From: Rebecca billardiae RCC1528 | Lineage: Eukaryota; Protista; Haptophyta | Direction: 5' to 3' | Length of the DNA stretch: 64,000 nt | Assembly: GCA_965240325.2 (NCBI GenBank) | Contig: OZ251233.1 | Span: forward strand, 2,108,001 to 2,172,000 | Shown: piece by piece, positions 1 through 10,719 of the stretch | How the letters are laid out: the number at the start of each line of letters is the position of its first letter | Numbering within the stretch: the first letter of the stretch is position 1 | Notes under the pieces: generated by a model | What the model saw: the letters and a program-made list of their open reading frames with translations, nothing else | Told to the model about the DNA's origin: nothing | Database searches by the model: none | Translations under genes and position numbers: made by a program

Positions 1-3000
1 CGCGTCGAAGTCGCCGCCCGCGGCGGCGGCGGCCGCCGCGGCCGCCTCGCTCGGTGGCGGGCTCGGCGACGGCGGCGGCGGGCTCGGCGGGCGGTGCGGC
101 CGCGGATGGCGCTCGCGCCTGTGCCGATGCCGTCCGGGCGGCGAGGGCGGCGAGGCCGGCGCAGGCGGCGAGGGCGGCTCGAGGGGCGGCGGAGGCGGCG
201 GGCTCGGCGGAGGCGGCGGGCTCGGCGATGGCGGCGGCGGCGGCGGCGGGCTCGGCGGGTTGTGTGGCCGCCAGCGGCGACCCCAGTGCCGCTCCGAATC
301 CTCCTCCTCCTCCTCCTCCTCCTCAGCTGCGCTGCTGCCATCCGGGTCGGCAGAAGACGACGGCTCGTCGGCACCGTCGTCGCCGCCGTCGCCGCCGTCG
401 TCGCGGCGGCTCGCGCGGTGGCGCCTGTGCCGATGGCGGCCAGCCGGTGACGGCGGCGACGGCGGCGAAGCCGGCGGCAGAGGCGGCGCGGGCAGAGGCG
501 GGGAGGCCGGCGGCGGCGCCAGCGGGCTCGGCGGGCTCGGCGGCTCGGCCGGTGGCGGGCCGGGCGGTGGCGGGCTCGGCGAGGGCGGCGGCGGCATGGG
601 CGGCTCGTGCGGGTGCGGCTGCCTCGCCCGTCGATGCCGATGGTGGCGCCCCGGCGGCGAGGGCGGCGACGCGGGCGGCACAGGCGGCGGCACCGGCATC
701 GGCGGCGAGTGCGGTGGGCTGGGCGGCAGTGGCGGGAAGGCGGACACGCTGTGGTGCCGCCGGCTGTGCCCGAGCCGGCTTCGGTGGTGCCGCCTGTGCC
801 GGGATGGAGGCGGCGGCTGCGAGGGCGGAGACGGCGGCTGCGACGGAGGCGGCGAGAGCGGTGGCGAGAGCGGCGGAGACGAGGGCGGCGGCGGCGGTGG
901 CGCGAAGGGCGGCGGGTGGTGCGGCGGTGGCGGCGGTGGCGCGAAGGGCGGCGGGTGGTGCGGCGGTGGCGGCGGTGGCGCGGCCGGCGGCGGTGGCGGC
1001 GCCGGCGGTGGCGGCGGCTGGTGCGGCGGCGGCGGCGGCGGGTGAAGGGGGGGCTCGGCGGGCGGCGGCGGCGGCTGCTTGGGCGGCGGCGGCGGCGGCG
1101 GCGTCGGAGGCGGCGGCGGCGGCGAGATGTCCTTCCAGCCACTCCAGGGCGGCGGGGACGGGAACGCGGGCGGTGGCGGCGGAGCCGAGGGCGAGGGCGG
1201 CGGCGGCGGCGGGACCGGCGGCTCCTGCGGCGGCTGAGACGGGCTGGGCGGCGGCGGCCCGAGGGGCGAGGGCGGCGGCGGCGGCGGCGGCGGGTACGGC
1301 GGCGCGGGCGATGGCGGCGGCGGCGCATGCAGCACGGGCGCCGGTGGCTGCGGCGGCGGCGGCCCAGGACTCCCCAGCGCCGTCCCGGCCCCCAGAGCAG
1401 GCGCGGGCGGCTGAGGCGGCGCCGCGGGGCTGCCGTCGGCACCGCCGGCCACAAGCACCCCGCCCAGAGGCCCCGTGCCGCGCAGTGGCCCGCCGCGCAC
1501 GCCGCCGCCGCCGCCGCCGTCGCCGCCGCTCCCGCCGCCGCCCGGCGTATGCATCCCGCCGCCACCCTCCCCGGGCGCGGGCGAGGGCGATGGCGCGCCG
1601 TCGCCCGCCGCGCCCCCGCCCCCCACGCGCCCCGTGACCACCAGCATGGCCGCCACAACCAGGAAGAGGACACCGCAGCAGAGCACGGCCAGCGCGTACA
1701 GAGGCACCCCGCACACGGCCGCGCCCTTGCGCCGCCGGCCGCGCGAGCGCCGGCCGCGCCGCTGCGCGGAGAGCGAGGAGAAGCCCGAGTAGTCGGACGC
1801 CGTGTGGCTGTTGCGACGGGAGCTTGCGCGCGACGAGCGCGCCCCGTCGCGCCGCGCGCTCGGCGAGTGCGCCGCGCCGTCGAACGGGTTGAACTCAGCG
1901 CCGCCGGCCGCGCTGCCGCTCGCCTCCTCGGCGACGATGGCGGAGGGCAGGGGGACGGTGTACGCGCGCGCGCGCGCGCCCGCCGCGGCGGCGTGCTCGT
2001 CGTGCCGCTGCGCCGCGTCCGCGCCGGGCTGCGCCGCGTGCCCGCCACCGCCGCCGGCGTCGTGCCTTGACACGCCGAGCGCAGCCATCGCCTGTCCGAG
2101 CGCGCTCACCGGCGCGGACGCGCGGCGCGCGCGCCCCTTCGAGCTGCCCACGCGGCTGCTGCCGGCGGGCGACTTGGCGCGCGGGCTCTTCGCGCCGCCG
2201 GCGGGCGACTTTGAGCGCGAGCGGGCGCCCTTCTGGTTGGCTGCGCCGCCCCTCAGGGTGGCCGCGCCGCCGCCGCGCCGCTTGGCGCTGCCCGGGCCGG
2301 GGTCGTCTCTGAAGCTCGCGCCCTGCCGGTCCGGGTGGAGGTGCGTCTCGTCGAGCGCGTCGCGGGAGGCGTCGCGCGGCGAGCCCGCCGCGCCGTCACG
2401 CCTGCCCTCCGCCGCCTCGCCCTCCTCGCCGCCGTCCTCGGGCGCACTCACCGTCACAGGCATGGCTGCCAGCGGCGCGCGATCAGACTCGCCGCCCGGC
2501 GAGCGCGGGTCAGTGCGGCTGCTGGGTTTGGAGCCGGAGCCGGGGCCGCGCGACCAGCGCGCCGACCAGTCCACCTCGCCGCGGTCCGTCAGCGAGATGT
2601 CCTCGTCCTCGCCCGACGCCCCGCGCCCCGCGCCCGGCGCCGGCTCGGCAGTCGAGTGCTGCGCGCTCGCGCGTGCCGCCGCGATGGCCTGCGCGCTGGT
2701 GCGCGCGCCGTTGGTCCACCGCTCGGGCGCGCTCGCGGGCGAGTAGTGGTCCGCCGTCTCGCGGAGCGCCGCCCAGCTGTGCGCCCCGAGCCCGCCCGAG
2801 CCCGGCGTCCCTCGAGCCCCGCCGCCGCTCGGCGAGCCCGCCGGCTGCGGGCCGCGCCCAGGCGGCGTGCTTCCCGTCATGGCGCCGCACACGCCGTCCA
2901 CCTCCTCGCGCACGGCGAGCTGCTCGGCGCGGCCGAGCGAGTGCGAAGCGCGCGCGTGCAGCGCACGGAGCTGCGCCTCGGCGTCCCGCTCGGCGCCGAT

Positions 3001-3399
3001 CCCCTCGGCGCCGCCGCCGCCGGCGCGCGCGTCCGGCGGCGTGCGCGAGCCGCGCGCGGCGCGCACGCTGCCCAGCTCCTCGCGCAGTCGCTCCGTCTGG
3101 GCCTCGAGGCGCGAGGCGAGGGCGGCGCCCGGCGCGTCCGCGCCGACGGGCGATGGGCTGGACGCGTCCGCCAGCGCGCCGCTCCGCCTGCCCTCCTCCA
3201 GCTCCACGTCCAGCGGGCGCAGCTCGGCGAGCGCGTGCGCGAGTCGTCTGTCCACCGCCTGCTCGGCGAGGACGAGCTGGTGCGCGAGGGCGCGGTACTC
3301 GGCGTCGTTGTCCGGCGTGCGGCCGTGCTCGTCGAACGCCTCGAGCCGCGCGCGCATGCCGCGCTGCGCCAGGATCCCCGGCGCGTACGCCTGCATCAT
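1..3399 (-). CDS. Large single-pass membrane protein with a proline-rich (extensin-like) C-terminal region; 3' end runs off the window
   Basis: Minus frame is open from about 3590 (first in-frame ATG at 3399) to base 1. It is absent from the ORF track because it has no stop in the window. Reads MMQAYAPGILAQRGMRARLEAFDE..., then a TM segment GVPLYALAVLCCGVLFLVVAAMLVVTG (about 1635-1715), then SPPPP/PPPPS tracts with RHRHRR blocks. The true 5' end may include an upstream exon. Confidence 0.7.
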   Translation of the reverse strand, partial: MMQAYAPGILAQRGMRARLEAFDEHGRTPDNDAEYRALAHQLVLAEQAVDRRLAHALAELRPLDVELEEGRRSGALADASSPSPVGADAPGAALASRLEAQTERLREELGSVRAARGSRTPPDARAGGGGAEGIGAERDAEAQLRALHARASHSLGRAEQLAVREEVDGVCGAMTGSTPPGRGPQPAGSPSGGGARGTPGSGGLGAHSWAALRETADHYSPASAPERWTNGARTSAQAIAAARASAQHSTAEPAPGAGRGASGEDEDISLTDRGEVDWSARWSRGPGSGSKPSSRTDPRSPGGESDRAPLAAMPVTVSAPEDGGEEGEAAEGRRDGAAGSPRDASRDALDETHLHPDRQGASFRDDPGPGSAKRRGGGAATLRGGAANQKGARSRSKSPAGGAKSPRAKSPAGSSRVGSSKGRARRASAPVSALGQAMAALGVSRHDAGGGGGHAAQPGADAAQRHDEHAAAAGARARAYTVPLPSAIVAEEASGSAAGGAEFNPFDGAAHSPSARRDGARSSRASSRRNSHTASDYSGFSSLSAQRRGRRSRGRRRKGAAVCGVPLYALAVLCCGVLFLVVAAMLVVTGRVGGGGAAGDGAPSPSPAPGEGGGGMHTPGGGGSGGDGGGGGGVRGGPLRGTGPLGGVLVAGGADGSPAAPPQPPAPALGAGTALGSPGPPPPQPPAPVLHAPPPPSPAPPYPPPPPPPPSPLGPPPPSPSQPPQEPPVPPPPPPSPSAPPPPPAFPSPPPWSGWKDISPPPPPPTPPPPPPPKQPPPPPAEPPLHPPPPPPHQPPPPPAPPPPPAAPPPPPPHHPPPFAPPPPPPHHPPPFAPPPPPPSSPPLSPPLSPPPSQPPSPPSQPPPPSRHRRHHRSRLGHSRRHHSVSAFPPLPPSPPHSPPMPVPPPVPPASPPSPPGRHHRHRRARQPHPHEPPMPPPPSPSPPPPGPPPAEPPSPPSPLAPPPASPPLPAPPLPPASPPSPPSPAGRHRHRRHRASRRDDGGDGGDDGADEPSSSADPDGSSAAEEEEEEEEDSERHWGRRWRPHNPPSPPPPPPPSPSPPPPPSPPPPPPLEPPSPPAPASPPSPPGRHRHRRERHPRPHRPPSPPPPSPSPPPSEAAAAAAAAAGGDFDA

Positions 3400-3863
3400 G
3401 CGCTCCAGCCGGTCAGTGCGCGCGGCGCAAACGGCCGCGCTGATCGGGTCGGGCGAGCGCGCGGTGCGAGCCGAATAATCGACGAAGCGCTGCAGCTCGG
3501 AGAGCTCGCGGCGCAGGTGGCGCACGGCATCGGCCTGCGAGTTGTACCCGCATGCGCGGAAGCTCAGCTCGTGCAGCCGCCCCGAGAGGCGTTCAAGCGA
3601 CGCGCCGCGCTCCGGCATATGATGACGATGCAAACCGCCTGGATCTCACAGAACACGGAGCCGCCGCCTGCCTCGAATTGCGAAGCGCCGCAGCCTACAC
3701 GCCGGTTGATCAAGGCAACAGTCCTGGCCGAGCAAGCCCCAGCTCGAAATTCGTCCAGGGTCCGGATCCCACCCGATCCCGAGTCCGTTGAGTGCGCTTT
3801 TCGTCATCACCATTTTGGCGCGCAGCATGCCGCCGGCGGCGGCCGCGCGCTCGTAGGGCGGCC

Positions 3864-5015
3864 ATGCAGAGCGCGGACGACTACTACAAGCTGCTCCGTG
3901 TGGCGCCGACGCGACGATGCGGAGGGCATTGTGCCCTCATCCCGCGCGACTTCGACGCCGTCCTCGCCGCAGCCTCGTCGATCGAGCACTGCAGCTCGCA
4001 GCTCGGAGAGGCGGCGGCGTCCGACAGCGCGTTTGCAGCGCTATGCGAGGACGCGCGAGGCCTCTGCGAGCGACTGCGCACCCGCCAGGCCACGCCGCTG
4101 TATCAGCTCGGGCTTGTCCGCGTACTTGCGCCGCACCTCGTCCCTACCGCCCTGGCCGCAAGGGGCGCCGAGCACACGTGCCTCCGCCTTCGGCAGCTCA
4201 TCCTGCTCGCAGGCCAGACGAATCCGCTGTCGCACCATACGCTCTCCACGCTCTCGTCGTGCGATGCGCTCTGCATCGAGCTCGGCGCCGAGCAGCCCGA
4301 CGCCTCGGCCGCGCTCCGCCGCGCGCTGCGCGGCTACTCAGCCGAGCAGCGCCGCGCAGTCGCGGACGGCGTACGCCGCGCAATGCAGATCAGTGGCTGC
4401 GTGCTCGCGGCCCTCGCCGCCGTGGAGCTCCTCCAGCCGGTGCTCGTGCTCCTCTATCCGGCCTACCGCATCCTGCGCATCAGCCTGCGCATGCCCGGAG
4501 ACGCGCGCGCCGCGCGCAGCCAAGCGCACGCCAGCGTCGAGCTCGGCGAGACGGGCTTGCTCGTGTGCGCGTGCGCCGTGTACGTGCGCGGCCTGAGGCG
4601 CGGGCCGGTCAGCTTCTACGCGGCGTGCTGCGCCCTGGCGGTGGGGAGCGCTCTCGCAGTGAGCGCGCTCCTGCCGTCGGAGGCGTTCGTCGAGGAGCGC
4701 GTCGCCCAGCTGTGGGCCGTGCTGCACCCACTCTATCGCCTCGTGGACGCCGCACAGGCCGCGCACCGCTGGCTGCTCTCGTGGGTGCAGGCCGTGTTCG
4801 ACCTCTTCCAGCCCACGCGCCGGCGCCCGCCGACCTCCTCGGCGCCGGGGGGTGCTCGCGGCGCTTCGGCGAATGCGTCGTCGGCCATGGCCACGCTGGC
4901 TGGCACGGACGGCCGGACAGGCGGCGCAGTGCCGGCTGATGCCGCCAAGAGAGCGGCCAATGGCAGCAGTGACGAGGACGACGACGAGGACGACGAGGCG
5001 GACGACGAGGGCTGA
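3864..5015 (+). CDS. Hypothetical membrane protein with acidic C-tail
   Basis: ORF from MQSADDYYKLLRV with GC3-rich codon usage, several hydrophobic segments and a DEDDDEDDE tail. The N-terminus resembles J-domain helix I, but there is no HPD motif. Confidence 0.6.
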   Translation: MQSADDYYKLLRVAPTRRCGGHCALIPRDFDAVLAAASSIEHCSSQLGEAAASDSAFAALCEDARGLCERLRTRQATPLYQLGLVRVLAPHLVPTALAARGAEHTCLRLRQLILLAGQTNPLSHHTLSTLSSCDALCIELGAEQPDASAALRRALRGYSAEQRRAVADGVRRAMQISGCVLAALAAVELLQPVLVLLYPAYRILRISLRMPGDARAARSQAHASVELGETGLLVCACAVYVRGLRRGPVSFYAACCALAVGSALAVSALLPSEAFVEERVAQLWAVLHPLYRLVDAAQAAHRWLLSWVQAVFDLFQPTRRRPPTSSAPGGARGASANASSAMATLAGTDGRTGGAVPADAAKRAANGSSDEDDDEDDEADDEG

Positions 5016-5497
5016 CGAAGCGTCGTACATATCACCACTCACCAGCGAGCAGCTCACCCTGTTACTACTGCTAGTTAGTCGTGGCTCGGGCGCTGGGCGG
5101 CGGCCGGCGGGCCGCTGGGCTGGCTGAGTCGCGATATATATTATGATGATCGAGTGCCATCAGCTCAGATATATAGCAGATGATGATGACTCTGAAGTCT
5201 GAGTCACAGCAGCAAGCAGTCGCCGCCAGTCGCGTATATCATCGCCATCGGTACTCGACGGGCGCAGCTTATTCTGCTTAAACGAGTTAGTATCGTAACT
5301 GATGACTTATTAGCAAGACGACTGCTATGATATGCCAGACTGCTGCGCTATGATGCGCGGTCGGTCGAGTGACGAGTCGGTCGCGGATCGGGGCGACGAC
5401 ACTCCACAGTGCAGCTGCTGTATGCATGTCATCATCAATCTGAAAAGCCACGTAGTATACGGCGCGCGTGTACTCGCGTCACTACTACTGTCAGGCG

Positions 5498-7146
5498 TCA
5501 GGCTCTGAAATCGCCGTCGAAGCCGTTGTAGCCGGCGAGCTTGAAGACGACGGCGTACGGCTTCTTCTCGAGGCGCGAGCACCAGTTCCACGCGGACGTG
5601 AGCCGGCCGTCGATGCAGCTGCCCGCGTCGTAGTAGTTGTCCGCGCCCGAGCCGTCGAACGCGTGCCGGAAGAAGTCGACCAAGATGAGCTTGGCGAGGT
5701 GGTCGATGGAGCCGTACTCCTTCAGCACCCACTTCTTGACCCACGGGTCCTCGCACAGCGCGCCGAGCGAGTCGACCGTGCCCACGACCGGCCTGAGGAT
5801 GCGCGGCACCTGCGTGTACTTGTCGATGAAGACGAGCGCGTTCGGCACGTCCATGTCGCCGAGGTGCACCGCGCTCGAGCCGACCCAGCTCCCGCCGACG
5901 CTCGCCTGCACCTTGCTCAGGGCGCGGTGCATCGCGTGGCTCACCTTTGGCGCGTCCTTCACGCGGTTGAGCCCCTGACCCGTGTCCCTCAGCCTGTAGC
6001 CGTGGCCGTCGAGCAGGTCCTCCTCTGCGAGGGTCCACAGCCTGCGCGCGGCGCGGGGAGGGCGCGGTGGGCTGGCGCGCGCGGCGGGCTGCACGCGCCG
6101 CCGCCGCCGCGCCGCCGCCCCCTCTCGCGCCGCTCCGCCACGCCCGCACCTGTAGAAATCTCCCATGATCTCGTTCCACAGCCGCAGCGACTGGTCGACG
6201 TAGGCAAACTGCGTGGAGTGCGAGTGGGAGAGGCGCGCGCCGCCGCGGCCGATCGAGATGGCGAGGGAGTACTCGGGCGACTGCGCCGCCTTGGGCGAGA
6301 AGTGCGTGCGCAGCAGCTCCAGCGCGCGCTCGACCGGCTGCCTGTTGTACCCGAGGAACGCGTTGGAGTCACCGATCGAGAGCAGGCAGCGCTCGATCTC
6401 GTCCGCGCTCAGCCCCTCGGGCTGGGAGTACTTGGCGGAGAGGCGGCGGATGGCGTCGGCCTTGAGCTGCGCGCGCGCGGCGGCGTCGGCGGACGGCGGG
6501 ATCTGCTGCGTCGCCACGCCCACCTCGTCGTCCTGCAGCAGCGCGAGCGCGCCGCCGCTCTCGAGCGTGCCCCACACCGTCAGGATCGGGTCGACGAGCG
6601 CGCAGCCGAGCGCGGACTTGACGTCTCGCTGCTGCGCGTCCATCAGCGCGTGCATGAGCTTGCCGTACGTCGAGCGCATCTTCTCGGGGTTCATGATCTT
6701 GAACCTGCGCCCCGCCTCGAACACCTCCTTGTAGAACTCTGCGGTGTCCTCCGGGCCGGCCTGCGTGAGCAGTCGCCGACCTTCCCTGTGGTCGGCGGTG
6801 ACCATCAGGCCGGTGATGATGGAGAGCAGGTCCTCGAGCTGCTGCTGCATGCGCGCAAACTTGCTCGATCGATAGTCCAGCACGTCCACCTTGTCCGTGT
6901 ACTCGCTCGTCATCAGCGCCGCCTCCAGCACGCTCAGCTTCGAGCGCTCCTGCGCGCCGGCAGACGCGGGCGGGGCGGCGGCGCCTCGTCGCGCGCGGGA
7001 CGTCAGCGCGCGCGCGCGCGCGCGAGCAGGCGCGTGCCGGGAGCTAGGCGGCTGCGCGGGCCACGCGGACCCACCTGCGGCGTCAGCCTCAGCGGAATGT
7101 ACCGCGCGCGCGCTTGCAGCGGCGAGATGGGCTCGTGCGACGCCAT
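5498..7146 (-). CDS. UPF0652/DUF2009 family protein (3 exons)
   Basis: Family motifs ARYIPLRLT, SEYTDKVD, RFKIMNPEKMRSTYGKL, GARLSHSH, VHLGD..VPNAL.FIDKY.QV and FRHAFDGSGADNYYDAGSCIDGRLTSAWNWCS. GT-AG introns at 6950-7074 and 6042-6149. Confidence 0.88.
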
Positions 7147-7336
7147 CTCCGCGGAAGCACTGCGTGACACTGGTGACAACGCGTGGTACTTCTCACCGGT
7201 GAGATCCAGGATGGCGGCCGATTTCCGGCGCGGAAGACGAGCGGCGGCCCCGTAGCTTTCTCCTGGCGGAAAAGGCAACGTGTAACGATGTACGAGAAAA
7301 ACCGATTCCGCGCGGTATCTGGGTACATCAGGAGGA

Positions 7337-7918
7337 ATGGCGGGGGGAAGTGGCTCGGGGCTGAGCCACCCGCCGCTGCTGCAGCCATGGCGGTACGACA
7401 TTCAGGAGAAACACCCGCCGGGAGGCATGCTCACGCGGACGCGTTCGATGCGCTACACTATTCGCCACCCGGTCGACGAGCAGACGGTCGCCGACCTGCG
7501 TGCCGGCATGGACTCCAAGACATTTGATGCGCTCGCCGCGAGTGTCGGGCTGTATTCGGCGGGGCCGCCACGGCCCGCACGTGCAGCCCTGGACGCGCAG
7601 CAGCAGCACGCTCGGCCCAAGAGGCTGGTCGATACGCCGGGCGCCGTCTACAAGCATGTCTGGGCCGAGTCCCCACAGCCGCTCGGTGAGAACACCTTCC
7701 GGTACACGCGGAGGACGGGGCACGAGCCAAAGAGCATCCCGCCGCCTCGCTCCAGCCCGCAGAAGCTGTCGCAGTGGTTCAAGGAGTACGGCGCGCCCGA
7801 TCCGAACGTGCGCTTCGGCCGCCCGACGGAGTTCTCGCCGAGCGTACGGCTGCGTGGCTCTGGGCACGACGCCTTCCGCACGAACGTCATCCACATGCGC
7901 CGCGGCGACTTGTCGTGA
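7337..7918 (+). CDS. Hypothetical protein (193 aa)
   Basis: Normal amino-acid composition and GC3-rich codons; divergent partner of the DUF2009 gene. No recognised domain. Confidence 0.55.
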   Translation: MAGGSGSGLSHPPLLQPWRYDIQEKHPPGGMLTRTRSMRYTIRHPVDEQTVADLRAGMDSKTFDALAASVGLYSAGPPRPARAALDAQQQHARPKRLVDTPGAVYKHVWAESPQPLGENTFRYTRRTGHEPKSIPPPRSSPQKLSQWFKEYGAPDPNVRFGRPTEFSPSVRLRGSGHDAFRTNVIHMRRGDLS

Positions 7919-8317
7919 GGTCGTCCGCGTCGCGTCGTGTTGGTGCGCATCACGCGCTGGCGGCATGCGCGCCGCCGACGGCGTCATGTATGCGGTCATG
8001 CCGTGCCCACACAGCTGCCCCCACATCATGGGACATCATCATCAAATGACGACATCATCGTTGCGTCCACTACGCCGCGTATGCCAGTGCAGATTCGGTA
8101 CGACTAACTATTGGCGCACTCACCGTCTCACGGCCACGCACACAGACAGTGTTGCCAGTCGCACCGTTGAGACCGCCACCATATTGGCCAGTGGCCCAGC
8201 GGGGTCAGCTGGCGGGGGCTGACGAGAAGTCGTCGTTATATATATATATAGTTGCGCGCATATGAAAATGAGTACACGGGCCGAATCGCGGGCATCAATA
8301 AGGAGCTGTCACGATAT

Positions 8318-8760
8318 TAAGAAACTGGGGCTTGCTATCTGCGGATCTGGCCTAGAAACTGAGACTAGCGATTGGCTGGTTCGCTATACGCATAGTCACA
8401 CTAAGAAACCGGGACTACGTCGTCCCGGCTGACGAGTGGTCCGCCGCCGAGGGCGAGGCGCAGTCGACCCGTCGGGGGGCGCGGCGCGCGGCCCGACTAC
8501 GAGTACAGGCCAAGTCCCGACTTCTCCTGATGACTCAGACTCCTGGCCAGTGCACCGCAGCATCCATGCAACATCATGCCAGATTTGCTCCAAAAAGGCC
8601 CAAATTTTTCTTCGGCCTCGCCGGCCGGGCCTAACTAGACTCAGCGGGGGGCACTGCGGCCCCCTGCGCCCCCCGCGCCTGCGCGGCGGGCGGACCTAGC
8701 TAAGAAACTGAGACTCCGTAGGCGCTCGGGCTACCGAACGGCTAAGAAACCGAGGCTAGC
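8318..8760 (+). repeat. Five direct copies of an ~17-bp motif CTAAGAAAC(T/C)G(A/G)G(A/G)CT around a GC hairpin-rich core
   Basis: Copies at about 8318, 8352, 8401, 8700 and 8742, all in the same orientation, in a tail-to-tail intergenic region. Confidence 0.6.
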
Positions 8761-9083
8761 CGTGAGATCTCTGACTTCTTATTGCCCGCGATTGCCTGTA
8801 GGCTGCTGAGCCTGCTGACGACAAATCCGAGTGGTGCGGCAGACTACTGGTGCCAGTGCCAGTGGCACCGCCGTTGCGCGCTGTACTAACACGACTGTAC
8901 AACCGTGTCTGCTTTATTACTCGCTGAGACTTAGTAATAATTAGCAGCATGCAGCTTACAGCTCGCGGTTCATCAGCAATTACTATATTTATTTACCGAT
9001 ATTCGTCGTCCGCGTGGCTCGTCGTCGGTCTCAGCTTGAGCTGCCAGCGGGCGCCGGCCATCACGACCGGGCTACCGGACGGG

Positions 9084-9990
9084 CTAGCAGCTGCCCAGCC
9101 CAGCCCGGCCCTTCTTCACGTCCACGGTGATCGGGGTCGACAAGCCGTCGCCCGCGGTGCCCAGCGCGCCGCCAGCCCAGCCCATCATTCGTAGCATCTG
9201 ATGGCCCTTGTTCTCCGAGCTGATCGCCTCGAGGTGTCGGGTGGTTGTGAGCGCGCTCGCCGGATCGTTGGCGTGCGCGCCGCCCCCCTTCTTGTGCGCG
9301 CTGTGCCCGCCCCGGCTCATGCCGTGCGCGTTCGAGCGCGCGCGCGTGAAGCGACCGTCTGCGCCCTCGCCACCGCGCAGCACGTCACGAAGCAGCCGGC
9401 GCTGTGCGCTGAACTCGAGCTCCTGCGCGCGCATGCGCCGCTCGGCCTTCAGCTGCTTGCGCAGGTGCTTCGGCATCGTGCGCCGCCCGCCCTTCCACGC
9501 GGCAGTGGCGCGCCCGGCGTCCCCCCGCGCGGCGGCCGCCGCGCTGCCCGCGCCGCCGCCGCCACCGCTCGGCCGAGGTCCGCTGCCGCCGGTGGGCCCT
9601 GTCTTGGTCAGTATCACAGAGCCTGCCTCCGAGTAGATCTCGATGTCGAGCTCGTTGCACTGCCAGGCGAGCAGCCCGAGCTCGCGCTTCGACGGCCGGC
9701 GGAGCGTCATGCTGAGCAGCGAGCTCTGCTGCACGAACAGCTCGAGCAGCGCCTCGGCGCCCATCGATCCAGCTCTGCTGCGGCTGCCGCCGGGTGCGTC
9801 CGCGTGCGCGGCGCCGCCCTCTGCAGCAGCGCGCTTCGGGTCCGGCGTGGATGACGCTCCGAGCAGGGCAGACGCCGCGGCGCGGTCGTCCGCGCCATCG
9901 TCGTACGCGGTGGTGGGAGCGCCTTCGTCGAGCCTGCTGGCAACGGCCTCCGGCCCCGCTTCGCGGTCTTCGTCGTCTTCGTCGTCTTCG

Positions 9991-10032
<42 letters not shown>

Positions 10033-10562
10033 TCGGAGCAGTCAGAGTCATCGTCGTCATCGTCGTCCTCCAGGTCGAGCGCGAAGCCGAGCTCCTCTGC
10101 GTCTTTGTCGCCTAGCTCCATCTCGAGGATCCGCCGCATATCAGCGTACGAGAGCTCCTCCTCGCCCTCCTCCGCCTCGGACTCGTCCTCGGAGTCACTC
10201 GAAGCATCCTCGTCATAGCCGGTGTCCTCCGCCTCGGGCGCGCGGGCGTCGGCGCGCTCCTCGAGGAACTCCTCCAGCGTGCCGGTCTGGACGCCACCAG
10301 GCACGAAGACCATGCGAGCTGGCGCCGACGCCGCGGCCGCCTCGCTCGCGCGCTTGCTCTTGGCACGGCCGCGGCTTGGCAGCCCCCCGATTGTGAGCCG
10401 AGCCAGGTCGGCATCCGTCTCCTCGTCAGACTCGAGCACGTTCCAGGGGAGCCGGGGGCCTCGCGCATGGCGGGATGATCCACCTCTGCCGCCCCCACGC
10501 CCGCGCCCACCGAACCCGCGCCCACCTCTTCCGCGCTGCCCGCCGCGAGCGCCCCTCCCCAT
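9084..10562 (-). CDS. RGG/acidic, degenerate R3H + G-patch protein (SQS1/Pfa1-like)
   Basis: N-terminal RGG box (MGRGARGGQRGRGGRGFGG), poly-Asp tract, R3H-like segment LLELFVQQSSLLSMTL...VILTKT and C-terminal G-patch ISSENKGHQMLRMMGW.GGALG..GDGLSTPI.V.VKKGRAGLG. Confidence 0.8.
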
Positions 10563-10719
10563 GCGATCGCTAACTTGCGGCAGGACGGATGCTTCGGCGC
10601 GAGAGTCACCGCCGGGGCGGGGACTGGGCCGCCGGAGATCGTCTCTGACAAGTCGACCGGGAGGCGGTTGACTTTTCACGTCCAGGGGGATCCGTGGCCG
10701 GCGTGGCATCACCACGACG

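Noticed and set aside
54-3478. Long + strand Ala/Arg/Gly ORFs (54-1637, 607-2070, 2335-4596 and others)
   Set aside because: Antisense or off-frame shadows of the real minus-strand gene; stops are rare at this GC content.
8274-8285. 12-bp match (ACACGGGCCGAA) to the right TIR of the 14764-17445 element
   Set aside because: Lacks the CACAGTG terminus and a partner end; a 12-mer match is plausible by chance in 64 kb.
8401-8440. Hammerhead ribozyme-like words GAAA...hairpin...CTGACGA (and CTGATGA at 8527)
   Set aside because: Only one stem lies between GAAA and CTGACGA. The NUH site, stem I and a proper stem II closure are missing.
8318-8760. CRISPR-like array
   Set aside because: Repeats are short and degenerate, spacing is irregular (34, 49, 299, 42 bp), the context is eukaryotic and there are no cas genes.
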